Source: Eledone cirrhosa (lineage: Eukaryota). From it: a stretch of 64,000 bases of DNA. The notes below the pieces were generated by a model that had not been told where the DNA came from, did no database searches, and saw nothing but the letters and a program-made list of their open reading frames with translations. Of this stretch, positions 1 to 11,428 are shown piece after piece; position 1 is the stretch's first letter, and each line of letters opens with the position of its first letter. Position numbers and translations under genes: made by a program. Location: NCBI GenBank assembly GCA_964016885.1, contig CAXHJY010000152.1:103962-167961 (forward strand), written 5' to 3'.

Positions 1-702
1 CAAATGGCAAAGCATAAATGAACTAAGTGAGAAATTAGGAATAAGAGGGATCAGATGATGTTTACTCGAAAGAAGACTACGTTGGTATGGTCACGTGATG
101 CGCATGAAAGATGACAGTTGTATTAAAAAAGTGCAGGGCGATCAAAATTGATGGAAGTTACGGAGTAAGTAGACCCAGAAAAACCTGGGACGATTTGATA
201 AATTCTGACCTTACACACTTACACCTCTCTAAGACAATGTCACTGGACTGAGAGCTTTGGCGCTACGCAGTAATACAGAAGACCCACCTTGTCTATGTAC
301 AAAGCGAAACTTACAGTCAGTAGGCACCTCTTAACCAAATATATATCCCATCCCACTACCCCTACTCCACCCACCCCACTCCCACCAACATCACCCTTTC
401 TCTATAAAGTTATGTTGGTACCACAACATCCAGTCCAAAATAAATGAGGCCGTGTAGGTGTCACGACAAAAAAAACACAGTCCATGCTATAATGTGGCCG
501 TGAAGGTAACACAGTAAAAACCTCCCAATCCACACTGTAAACGTGGTTGGTGTTAGGAAGGGCATCCAGCCGTAGAAAACCTGCCAGACAGTCCTATACG
601 AGCGAGACATGGTCACTTGACCAATCTTGCCTCAAGTAGGACAATTACCATCTAAACCCATGCGAGCATGGAAGATAGACATTAAACGATGATGATGATG
701 AT
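1..702 (+). mobile_element. RTE-clade LINE 3' end (decayed ORF C-terminus, 3' UTR, (GAT)n tail)
   Basis: Encodes ...[20 protein letters not shown]..., matching the LINE ORF ends at 46114-47901 and 52369-53148. Shares their 3' UTR and ends in AAACGATGATGATG. Confidence 0.9.
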
Positions 703-891
703 ACTATAAAATATACAGCTTTGCAACATAGAACCAGTGGCTGTTACAGACAGTTTGGTATCAAAAGAATTAAGTATGGTAAAAACTCTTGACATGTTTC
801 TGACTTATTAGAGCTCCTTAGCAAAGTAAAGTGCTACTAATACTTGCCAGATGTTTCACCAAGTCAACAAGTAGTTAAAGCAGAGACTTAC

Positions 892-987
892 CGTTATAAC
901 TAATCCTTGGTTTTGTAAGACATATAACAAGATGGCATTCTAATTCATCTGCAGCAACTGATTTGGAACAAACAGGACACTTAATGC
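892..987 (-). CDS. ZNRF1/2: Internal coding exon of a ZNRF1/ZNRF2-family E3 ubiquitin ligase (zinc-finger exon)
   Basis: Minus strand has a strong polypyrimidine acceptor (ttttcttctttctcttcAG) and a GTAAGT donor. The exon is 96 nt, phase 1-1, and translates (G)IKCPVCSKSVAADELECHLVICLTKPRISYN(D/E), recognisably like vertebrate ZNRF1/2 GFKCPxCSKxVxSDEMxxHxxMCLxKPRxxYN. The other exons were not found in the window. Confidence 0.92.
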
Positions 988-1109
988 CTGAAGAGAAAGA
1001 AGAAAAATGAAAATACATTGAGAAATTAAAACTAATTTTGTTTAAAATAAATCCAACAGTGGATAACAGCCTATATAATCCCCTCTTGGTCCTATAGTTC
1101 TGTGATTAA

Positions 1110-1281
1110 CCCTTTAGCATTTAAACCGGCCCTATCGAGTCAGATTTCTCTCATCAAACCAGCTGTAACTGGCTGATCATAATAAATAATATTAAAATCT
1201 CATAGATTCGATATTATGTGAGGTAAAGTGTTTACCTTGAAAATACAATAGTAAATATAGAATAATGTAAATACTAAAGGG
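1110..1281. mobile_element. piggyBac-type MITE
   Basis: TTAA|CCCTTTAGCATTT ... AAATACTAAAGGG|ATAA: terminal inverted repeats with TTAA-like flanks. Confidence 0.75.
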
Positions 1282-1662
1282 ATAAAATAAATCGAACAGT
1301 GGATAACAGCCTATATAATCCCCTGGTGGTCTTATAGTTCGATGATAAAGCCAGGCTATTTGATGGTTTGAACCCCAAGGCAGAATTTGAAGTCAGAACA
1401 CAAAGTGTCACAAAAGATACTGCAAGACATCTCATCTGACACTAACAATTCCACCAGTTTATATAGCTCACTGTGAAAATGTAACCCTTTTCATGTTTTT
1501 AATGAAATACACTACTGATGTGTTTCAATTAATTTTGAATATAATCAAAGATTTGGAAGGATTTAGTAATATAACTAACTTTCTCATTAGTAAATGGATG
1601 TTTGGAACATTACTCACCTTACATAAAATTATGTTGGAAGGTTATAATAAAATTTGCACACT

Positions 1663-1899
1663 TTAACCTTTTTGTTACCATATTTCTAATGAAAGACACT
1701 GCCAATATATTTCAGTTCATTTTGAAAATAATCAGAAATTTGGAGGGATTTAGTAAAATAGCTGGTGCTTGGAACATTTCTTAACAAAAATCTCTCAAAT
1801 GAAATTATGATGAAAGTTTTTTCGTTTTTATTAAATGGCTAGTTTTGTATTTAAAAAAAATAGGGGCAGTTCCAGGTGAGTTGGAATAAAAAGGGTTAA
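1663..1899. mobile_element. piggyBac-type MITE family (~240 bp). Related copies or pieces at ~3844-4098, 9035-9170, 9424-9676, 11595-11799, 18790-19034, 20328-20705, 33826-34044
   Basis: TTAA-CC(C/T)TTTT(G)TTACCA ... TGGTAACAAAAGGG-TTAA-like ends, and a shared AT-rich interior (atttctaatgaaagacactg, gatttagtaa) recurring across the window. Confidence 0.75.
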
Positions 1900-2213
1900 T
1901 GAAACAGGTTTCATTCACACTTTCATCCACACAGTGTGTGCGTGTGTGCAGAAAAAAGGGTAAAGACCCACTTCAATCATGAGTGAGCATGGAATTTACA
2001 CCTAGAGAGTTCCCTTCCAAAGCACAAGTCCGAGCAAGGTTGTTCAGAAAAGACAATGGCCGATACAGCTTGACAACAGAGACATTGCAACTCATTTCTA
2101 CAGCTGAGTAAACTGGAACAAATTATCTGAGAATCAAACTCACTTCATGATTGTAAGCCCAACCCTCTAACCACTAAGCCATATGCCTTCACGTACGCGT
2201 GTGCATGTGCGTG

Positions 2214-2249
<36 letters not shown>

Positions 2250-2579
2250 AAGTAACAAGATATCATTTGAGGTTATCCAAGGTCAGGTTACAAGTAATCT
2301 GTACCAAGTATTATTTCAGCATACGGTGGTAGTTGACTTAGGTTTTTCAGAGGGTAGATTCCTGAAAGTTCCGTGATTAGTAGTTCGTGGAGTATTAATA
2401 ACAGGTTAAAAGGATGATTAACATGGATACGTGTTGGAATAAACCCTGTTATATTGCTTATCCGTGTTAATCATCTTTTTAACTGTTATATATATATATA
2501 TATATACTAAAGACATAGGTAAGGGTCACATTTGACTTCAGATTCAATTGCTTTTATTCACACATTGTTTATACAGTAA

Positions 2580-2730
2580 TAATTGTTTCTACTTTTGGCA
2601 CAAGGCCAGAAAATACCCAGTACATTACTGGTACTTTATTTTATCGGCCCCGTAAGGATGAAAGGCAAAGTTAACCTCGCCGGGATTTAAACTCAGAACA
2701 TAAAGGGTCATAACTCCATGCTGAAAAGCA
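2580..2730 (-). mobile_element. tRNA-derived SINE with Deu/Nin-like domain. Other copies ~9919-10060(-), 19132-19317(-), 19772-19930(+), 22670-22775(+), 22947-23135(-), 33120-33300(-), 34900-35105(-), 38893-39060(+)
   Basis: Recurrent CTGAGTTCAAATCCC (B box) followed by GAGGTTAACTTTGCCTTTCATCCTTACGGGGTCGATAAAATAAAGTACCAGT and a common tail GTGCCAAAAGTAGAAACAATT. Confidence 0.85.
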
Positions 2731-3170
2731 TAGTGTGTGGAAGGCGTAGGTTTAATACACTCATACTTAACTCCAGTGTTACTCAATTTTATCCATACAA
2801 TGTATATACCAAGATAACAATAGCTAAATTGCAACTCATTCATCTGTTATCAAATCAGAATACTAGGATAAAGATATTGAGATAATGATTAACAAAAACA
2901 CACATCATATATATATATATATATATATAGATATGGTGACAAGAATTAAATGAGTCAGCAGCACTGTCAATTCTTAATTTCAACATTTCCTGTTAACTAC
3001 ACAGAACGTTTATTGGTATACTATTTACTAGTTTCAATCAGTCATTGTCACCAGTTCAAGGTGAAATGATCAAGCCCAAGCAGTGAAGTTATTGGATTAC
3101 TAGGAAATGAATCTACAATTCAAATCCACTATATGGGCACAGAATTAATGTGTAAAAACAAAATTTTATA

Positions 3171-3527
3171 TTGTGCTTCTTTGTGTATAATACAACTTGA
3201 GTATAATATCATCCCTGCTTCTGAAACTACAAATTAGTAATGCATATTCTTGTGTATAATACGACACTTGTTTCTGAAGCTAAAAGCATGGTGAATAAAT
3301 TACATCCTTGTATATTATACAACCTACCTCAGAGTTATATTACTGATATATCAAATACCATTTGTAAACATTTGTTAACACAAATTTGCCATTTTGCCAT
3401 TTGAAATGAGTATTTTTAAGCTTAGTAAAAAATTTCAGAAAACGTGTACTCATGTTTAATAAGACTCCTCATAATTTTCCCTTAATTTTAATTCAAAAAT
3501 GTTCATGTTATATACAAGAAAATATGA
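3171..3527. mobile_element. Decayed Tc1/mariner(pogo)-type MITE
   Basis: Degenerate TIRs ttgtgcttctttgtgtataa / ttatatacaagaaaatatga with TA flanks, and internal subterminal repeats of tgtgtataatac. Confidence 0.5.
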
Positions 3528-5642
3528 TAAATATAATCGAAGAATAGATTTTTAAAATGAAAGCTAACAATCCATGCTGAACCTGAAACTGTATGGATCT
3601 ATATGGATTTTAACTACTTGTAAAACATTTTATAGGATAAATTTTGACAAACATATATAGTGTGTATATAGTGTAAATATAGTGTCTATATGAGTTGCAA
3701 CATTTGTGCCAAGCTATATCAACCTTTGTCTTTCCATTGGACGACATAATGACATGGAGATAAGGGACTACTGCTCTTCCACAACACTCTTTGCCCTTGC
3801 CCAGGCATATATTTTGGAGAGGAAGTTTGCATGTGAATTACATTAACCCTTTTGATACCAACCTGCCTAAAACGACCCTTAGTTTTATGATACAAAACCG
3901 TTGGTTTTAAGGCGTTTATATTTATCTAAAAATCTTCCATCTTAATTTTAGGTAAGAACCTTTGTTATGCTCCAAACAGTCAGCTTAATAATGAGAAAGT
4001 TATTTTACTAAATCCCCACAAAAACTCTTGATTATTTTCAATATGATATGAAAATCAGACAGTGTCTTTCATTACAAATGTAGTAACAAAAGAGCTAAAG
4101 GTACGTCTGACTGTAGAATCCTCAACCACATTAACTCTCAAGTCAGATGTTCAGGTGATCAAATGACTTATTGGAACTGACAGATGTTACATCATTATTC
4201 GAAGTTTGTACTCATGGTTCATAAACTAGGACTGATATTTGACAGGTTTAAGTTGGTACAATTCTATAGTAAGTCTAGACTCTATAAAAAGTAAACATGG
4301 TGAGAACCCAGACACTACACTACATGGTAGTTGAAATCAAATGGAGATATAGGGTTTGCAGGGACTCTTCAATCCGGGCTAGCATGACAACCTCTTTAAT
4401 GCTGATGCCATGATAAATTGGTCCCAGTACATACTGTAAAGTGTTAATGTTGGTACTATGAAAATATATAACCAGTCCACTCTATGTAATGGTAGTGCTG
4501 GTGTCATGTAAAATACACCAGGCATACTCTCTAAGGTGGTTGGCATTATAAAGGACATCCCACCATAGAAATCATGCCAAATATGGAATGTAAATGAGCA
4601 AGACTGGTTGCTCCACCCTGACTGGTCACGGACTATGACAACTCATCCAACCCATGCCAATGTGGAAAGTGGAGGCAAAATGATGATGATAATGAAGATG
4701 ATATAAACTAGATCTTGTTCAAAGATATGTAATATAGTATATAACTTTATCACTTTATTCTAAGCTCTACTGACAGGATATGAGAGAGGATAATCAATAA
4801 GATTATCTTCTTCTCAAGCATATATCATAATAGTCTTTGTTTAAACAAGTCTTTTCAGTAATATTGTAATATTCATTACTTCTTTGCTTCCATTTTGATA
4901 AAAACACTCAGCTACCGCATCACCATCATCATCATCATCATTTAACACCCGTTTTCCCTACTAGCAATGGTTGGATATGTGTCATCACAAATTAAGTCAG
5001 TACTTAATCGGAGTCACTGAACTCTCAGCTGAGCTGGGGTTCACATCTTGCTTATATATGTTCCTGCATTCTACAGAGCATGCTAAGTGCATTTTATTGT
5101 GGACCCAGGGAGACTGTCATGTTTTTGACAACAGAAGAGTGCTCTCTACCCTTGTTTTGGAGAGTTTTCTACAACTGGATGCCCTTCCTATCACTTTACA
5201 GAGTGTACTGGGTGCACTTTATGTCACCAGCACTGGAAAGGTTGTGCCTTTGATACAACTGAAAAGCCCTTTTGACAAGGTTTTATAGCTGGATGTCTGA
5301 TTATGTTTCTTTCTGATGATGAAGGGGCTCCTATAATTAAAACATCCAAGAAACCTCCTTTGAGATACAACCTCATATGAGGCCAGCTAAATCTCCACAG
5401 GTATGACCTATAAATTTCATTTAATTTCTGGTTATGGTTTCAAACATTTACTTTTCTGCATGCCATAGTTATGTGGGTAATAAGTTCACCTTCCAAATTC
5501 ATGGTTTCAGGTTTGATCTCACTGCACGGTCCCTTTGGCTAGTGTCTTCCAGTATAGCCTCAGATTGACCAATACCTTGCAAGTGAAATTTGATCAATAA
5601 AAACTGTGTGGAAGCTTGTCACACACACACACACATATATAT

Positions 5643-5840
5643 GAAGGCACATGGCTTAGTGGTTAGAGCATTGGCCTTGCAATCGAAAGGTTGTGAGTTC
5701 AATTCTCAGACCGGGTGATGTGTTGTTTCCTTGAGCAAGACACTTTATTTTACATTGCTCCAGTTTACTCAGCTGTAGAAATGAGATGATAGGGACTGGG
5801 GTCCATATCATTCCACTGCAAGGTGGTCATGGAAGTGCCA
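5643..5840 (+). mobile_element. tRNA-derived SINE, second family. Related pieces ~2080-2190(-), 8620-8735(-), 17860-17980(-), 27037-27240(+), 35210-35320(-), 39702-39832(+)
   Basis: A box TGGCTTAGTGG and B box GAGTTCAATTC, then the conserved body CCTTGAGCAAGACACTTTATTT...GCTCCAGTTTACTCAGCTGTAGAAATGA. Confidence 0.85.
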
Positions 5841-7309
5841 CAGGCTGTGACAACTATAACTCAACTACTACACAGGCTGTGACAACTATAACTGTCAACT
5901 ACTACACAGGCTGTGACAACTGTAACTGTCAACTACTACACAGGCTGTGACAACTGTAACTGTCAACTACTACACAGGCTGTGACAACTGTAACTGTCAA
6001 CTACTACACAGGCTGTGACAACTGTAACTGTCAACTACTACACAGGCTGTGACAACTGTAACTGTCAACTACTACACAGGCTGTGACAACTGTAACTGTC
6101 AACTACTACACAGGCTGTGACAACTGTAACTGTCAACTACTACACAGGCTGTGACAACTGTAACTGTCAACTACTACACAGGCTGTGACAACTGTAACTG
6201 TCAACTACTACACAGGCTGTGACAACTGTAACTGTCAACTACTACACAGGCTGTGACAACTGTAACTCAACTACTACACAGGCTGTGACAACTATAACTG
6301 TCAACTACTACACAGGCTGTGACAACTGTAACTGTCAACTACTACACAGGCTGTGACAACTGTAACTGTCAACTACTACACAGGCTGTGACAACTATAAC
6401 TGTCAACTACTACACAGGCTGTGACAACTGTAACTGTCAACTACTACACAGGCTGTGACAACTATAACTGTCAACTACTACACAGGCTGTGACAACTGTA
6501 ACTGTCAACTACTACACAGGCTGTGACAACTGTAACTGTCAACTACTACACAGGCTGTGACAACTGTAACTGTCAACTACTACACAGGCTGTGACAACTG
6601 TAACTGTCAACTACTACACAGGCTGTGACAACTGTAACTGTCAACTACTACACAGGCTGTGACAACTGTAACTGTCAACTACTACACAGGCTGTGACAAC
6701 TATAACTGTCAACTACTACACAGGCTGTGACAACTATAACTGTCAACTACTACACAGGCTGTGACAACTGTAACTGTCAACTACTACACAGGCTGTGACA
6801 ACTGTAACTGTCAACTACTACACAGGCTGTGACAACTGTAACTGTCAACTACTACACAGGCTGTGACAACTGTAACTGTCAACTACTACACAGGTTGTGA
6901 CAACTGTAACTGTCAACTACTACACAGGCTGTGACAACTGTAACTGTCAACTACTACACAGGCTGTGACAACTGTAACTGTCAACTACTACACAGGCTGT
7001 GACAACTGTAACTGTCAACTACTACACAGGCTGTGACAACTGTAACTGTCAACTACTACACAGGCTGTGACAACTGTAACTCTCAACTACTACACAGGCT
7101 GTGACAACTATAACTGTGTCAACTTCTACACAGGCTGTGACAACTATAACTGTGTCAACTTCTACACAGGTTGTGACAACTGTAACTGTGTCAACTTCTA
7201 CACAGGTTGTGACAACTGTAACTGTGTCAACTTCTACACAGGCTGTGACAACTGTAACTGTGTCAACTTCTACACAGGTTGTGACAACTGTAACTGTCAA
7301 CTACAACAC
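5839..7309. repeat. Tandem satellite, 34-bp unit (CACAGGCTGTGACAACTGTAACTGTCAACTACTA), ~43 copies, 36-bp variants at the right end
   Basis: Directly visible head-to-tail repeats with no spacers. Confidence 0.98.
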
Positions 7310-7457
7310 AAGAGTCAATATGCCATCAAATTAACATGTTTCAACCAATAGATATTCATCCTGAGGATGTGAGATTATAAAATTTATTTTATAATCTCAC
7401 ATCCTCAGAATGAATCTATCAGTTGACACGTGTTAGTTTGATGGCATATTGACTCTT
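7310..7457. repeat. Imperfect ~148-bp palindrome (fold-back)
   Basis: aagagtcaatatgccatcaaa...gaggatgtgagattataaaa is mirrored by ttttataatctcacatcctc...tttgatggcatattgactctt. Confidence 0.9.
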
Positions 7458-7650
7458 TGGTGCTTCTTATTCTTTATATATCAGCTCTGCATGAACCCTA
7501 CTGCATTGAGCTTTAAACTCTCTGGTTAAGTCTATGCCCAATAATAACACTTATTAAAGTTATACATATATATATATTGGGTCGTTAAGTATGAAATTTT
7601 TTTTTATTTTACTACAAATTTTATACTTGACAAGCCTACCTACATACATA

Positions 7651-8256
7651 CATGGTGGCTGCCAATTCGTTTTCGAGTACGGCCACTACTTTATATCCAT
7701 GTAGGAGAACCCCTACCGATGCGCTGAACGAATGTGACTTTTTAGTCCAGCCAGCGACTTGAAAACTCTGGCACAAACACTACACTTGTGACAATTATTG
7801 ACACAGTGCTGGGCCCATGGTACCATGTGACGATAAGTGCAGAGAGATCTCCAGATACAAAGCAATGCCTGTGCCGTGAAGCTTTTATAGTGAGCAAAGG
7901 CACTGCACAAAGCCAGTCACACTCTCTTAACCAAGATGATATTTACCAAAAAGAAGAACAAGTCAACATCATTGGATACCATCAGGGTTGCAGGTGTTAT
8001 ATCAGAGTTTTCCTTCTCCTAGAATTCTGCCTTGACAAAGGCTAAGGAGTCATCTCTCCCGGTGATTTTGGATGGCCATTGACTCTTAAGAGCTCCTTTG
8101 CCCTTTGACAGGTTTTGTTTTTAGTCCTGCAGGATGTCCAGTCACCCTCCTCACCAAGAAACCTTGGTGGGGTTGCCAGTTTAGTCGCCAATGACCCGAC
8201 CATGAGACAGGTTGTACTGGGATACATGTTACCAGTAGCACCAACTGGTGACCTGA
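7651..8256 (-). mobile_element. ~600-bp non-autonomous bipartite RTE-derived retroelement (complete copy)
   Basis: The 5' half resembles an RTE 5' UTR (GCGACTAAAC, GGAGAAGGAAAACTCTGA). The 3' half encodes [22 protein letters not shown] (a C2H2 knuckle typical of some RTE ORF ends) and ends GGCAGCCACC(ATGT)n. A near-identical copy lies at 62219-62827. Confidence 0.8.
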
Positions 8257-9172
8257 CATACATACATGTTGGCCGGTAGATGAATTGAAGCCACAAGTTT
8301 GTGAACCGCACACCCAAACCACTAGGCCATGTACCTTTGTGTGTGCAGTTCACGATAAACTTGTGGCTTCAATTCATCGACCGGGCAGCATGTTTTCTTA
8401 ATGCTTCATTTCACATTGCTTTTCATGGTAGGACTGGAGCTCCTATCATCCATAAAACCTCCTTGAAGATGCAACCTCAAAAGAAGCCAGCTAAACCTGC
8501 ATAGGTGTGAGCTGTAAATTTCATTTTATCTAGTTTATCTGACCTCCTATGAGGTTGTACCTTATAGGTTCCTTGGGTGTTTTAATGATGAAGTGGGGGT
8601 GGGGGGTAGACATCATGAAAAGCAACATGAAATGAAGTGTGGCTCAACAACACATGCTGCCCAATCCAAGAATTGAACCAGCAGCTTCCTTATCGTGAGC
8701 TAAACACTGTAACCACAAGGCCACACACCTTCAGTTACTCTAAGCTTAGAACTCGAACTAATAAATTTGAAAAATAATAACAAAAAAAATGTAGGAAAAA
8801 AGATTTAAAAAAAGCATATTCCATAGATCATCAAATATTGTGAATAGGTATCAGAAGAAATTTTCCTTAAAGAAAAAACAAAACTACAAAAGAATTGTCA
8901 GTTTGCCAATATTAGCTTCTGTGTGTCCTATATATTTTCAAGTTCACCTATTTTGTGATAGTTACCATTCTCTTCGTTTATGTATTTTATATATTCTGAT
9001 AAATCAATATTGGATTGATTCTTCATTTCTATGCTTAACCTTTTCCTTACCATATTTCTAATGAATGACACTACCTATGATTTTCATATCACTTTGAAAA
9101 TAACCCAGAATTTGGAGAGATTTAGTAATATAACTAACTTTCTCATTATTAAACTGGTGTTTGGATTATAAC

Positions 9173-9382
9173 TTAATTCTTAACATTCTGCAATGACAAC
9201 ACATTAACTAGATATTCTTGAAAAGTATAAAACAGTGAACTCTGTGGCTGCATCACATTGAAAGGAAAAATCTTTACCCTAACAATGCAAATTTTCATGA
9301 TTTACCCACTATAAATATTTCAATTCAGAAACTCATTTCTAAAATATTTTCTGCAAAATCATTACAGGATGTTAAGAGTTAA
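9173..9382. mobile_element. TTAA-flanked MITE, second family (also ~22775-22941, 28147-28348)
   Basis: TTAA-(C/T)TCTTAAC ... GATGTTAAGAG-TTAA ends, with a shared interior. Confidence 0.65.
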
Positions 9383-10129
9383 GTTGTTACATAGAATGCA
9401 ATGTTTTTAGATAAATATAAACATTAACCCTTTTATTATTGTATTTCTAATGAAAAACACCTTTTGTTTTTTTAAATAATTTAAAAAATAATCAAAAATT
9501 GGGAAAGATTTAATAATATAACTAATTTTCTTATGAAGCTGGTGACTGGAAAATAAAGGTTCTGGCATAAAATTATGATAGAGGGTTTTTAGATAAATAT
9601 AAACACTTTAAAACAAACAGCAACTGTATCATAGAACCAAGGGTAGTTTCAAATAAGTTGGTATCCAAAGAGTTAACAGTTTCCTTCAGTAAAACCTTGG
9701 AAATATTGTTGCAGCTCACACATGCTGCATCTCATAAGAGATTTCTTGAGTATTTTAATGATAGGAGAAATCGTACTCCTTGTTAACTCTGACAATTGGT
9801 TCCTTTCCTTTGTTAACTTCATATCTTATATTTCTTTAGCTTTAGCAGAGTTTATATGAAACATGATTGAGGTATGTTACAATTGTATTAAGAAAGTCAG
9901 TGCAATGCAATTTAAAAATAATTGTTTCTACTTTTGGCACAAGGCCAGCAATTACCCAGTGCATTACTGGTACTTTATTTTATCAACCCCGTAAGGATGA
10001 AAGGCAAAGTTAACCTCGGCGGGATTTGAACTCAGAATGGCAAGGGCCGTAACTATGCATCAAAGCATGCAATTTTTAAATAATGAAGCTGAAGCCTTGC
10101 ACTTTTACTAAATTCTGACCAGTGCAATG

Positions 10130-10351
10130 TAAGAAATAACAGAGCCAATGACCCTAACCACTATGCTACACATTTCACTAAACTTCAGGCAATAACCAGA
10201 GCAACATAAGAAATAATGGAGCTGATGACCCTAACCACTATGCCACACACCTTCACTAAACTTCAGGCAATAACCAGAGCAACATAAGAAATAATGGAGT
10301 TGAATGACCCTAACCACTATGCCACACACCTACACTAAACTTCTGACAATA
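10130..10351 (-). repeat. Three tandem ~78-bp units, each containing a SINE-head A box
   Basis: taagaaataa...gaccctaaccactatgccacacaccttcactaaactt starts at 10130, 10207 and 10285. Confidence 0.85.
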
Positions 10352-10992
10352 AGCAATGTTATTTCACTGATTTCCTGAGTAGACGACATCTACTCCACTT
10401 GGTTACTGTTTTCTGGTTACTTACAATAGGCAGCATCTATAGTTGAGAAGTTGGAGTGGAGAGCTTTCTCAACAGAACAGCCTCTGCTTGCGTCAATCAC
10501 AAGATATAAATAATTCTTATGTAGACAGGATGTAAACTTCTTAGAGAAAGAGCAAGGGGGAGGGAGTGGGATAGTAATCAGTAAGTGTTCATACCTTTTT
10601 TCTCAAGGACATTAGTGACATAAGAAATGGCACTGATAAGGAATTGAAACTAAAATACATTTCTGAACCCACTTCACTGAAACCTTTTAATCACAATACT
10701 GTGTCTTTCACTCATATGACCTTTCTGGAATTGTCCCTGGTTCTGTGATGCAAAGCTGTTTATTTTAAAGTGTTTATACTAACCATTTTCATATCAAACT
10801 GCCCCTTGTTCTATGATACAGTACTGCATGTTTTAAAGTGTTTATACCTTCCATCATAATTCTTTAAGAACCTTTTGTTAAGTAATGCTCCAAACATCAG
10901 CTTACCCTTTTTGATAGGGACCTAGCCAAAACCAAATAAACAAAATTTTATAAAATTTTATTGAAATTTACACAATAATGAAGATTATATTT

Positions 10993-11428
10993 ACCGAGAT
11001 CTTTGGCGCTACACAGTAATAGAAAAGACCCGCCTTTAAGTGCAAAGTGAAACCTACTACAGTCAGTAGGCACCTCTAACAAAATACACCCCTGTCCCAC
11101 TACCCCCACCCCATCCACACCACCCCTTTCAATGTAAAGTTATGTTGGTACCACAACATCCAGCCCGAAACAAATGAGGTCGTGTAGGTGTCACGACAAA
11201 AAAAAAAACACAGTCCACGCTGTAATGTGGCCGTGTAGGTAACACGGTAAAAACCTCCCAGTTCCACACTGTAAATGTGGTTGGTGTTAGGAAGGGCATC
11301 CAGCTGTAGAAAACCCGCCAGACAGTCCTATGCGAGCAAGACAACCACTCTTGCCTCAAGTGGGAAAACACCCGTCCAAACCCATGCGAGCGTGGAATAT
11401 GGACGTTAAACGAAGATGATGATGATGA
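10993..11428 (+). mobile_element. RTE LINE 3' end
   Basis: DLWRY..IEKTRL* followed by the family 3' UTR and a (GAT)n tail. Confidence 0.9.

Noticed and set aside
5643-5715. tRNA gene
   Set aside because: A and B boxes are present, but there is no proper cloverleaf and the sequence continues into a multi-copy SINE body.
5839-7309. CRISPR-like array, or Cys/Thr-rich ORFs (7049-7351)
   Set aside because: The units are contiguous with no unique spacers, there are no cas genes, and the context is eukaryotic. The ORFs are translations of the 36-bp variant.
7713-7910. Host C2H2 zinc-finger gene
   Set aside because: It is a single knuckle within a repeated retroelement 3' end, frameshifted in other copies.
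10424-10560. Possible alternative ZNRF upstream exon (GTAAGT donor on minus near 10423)
   Set aside because: The nearest ATG gives phase 0 rather than the required phase 1, and there is no homology support. RNA-seq would be needed.
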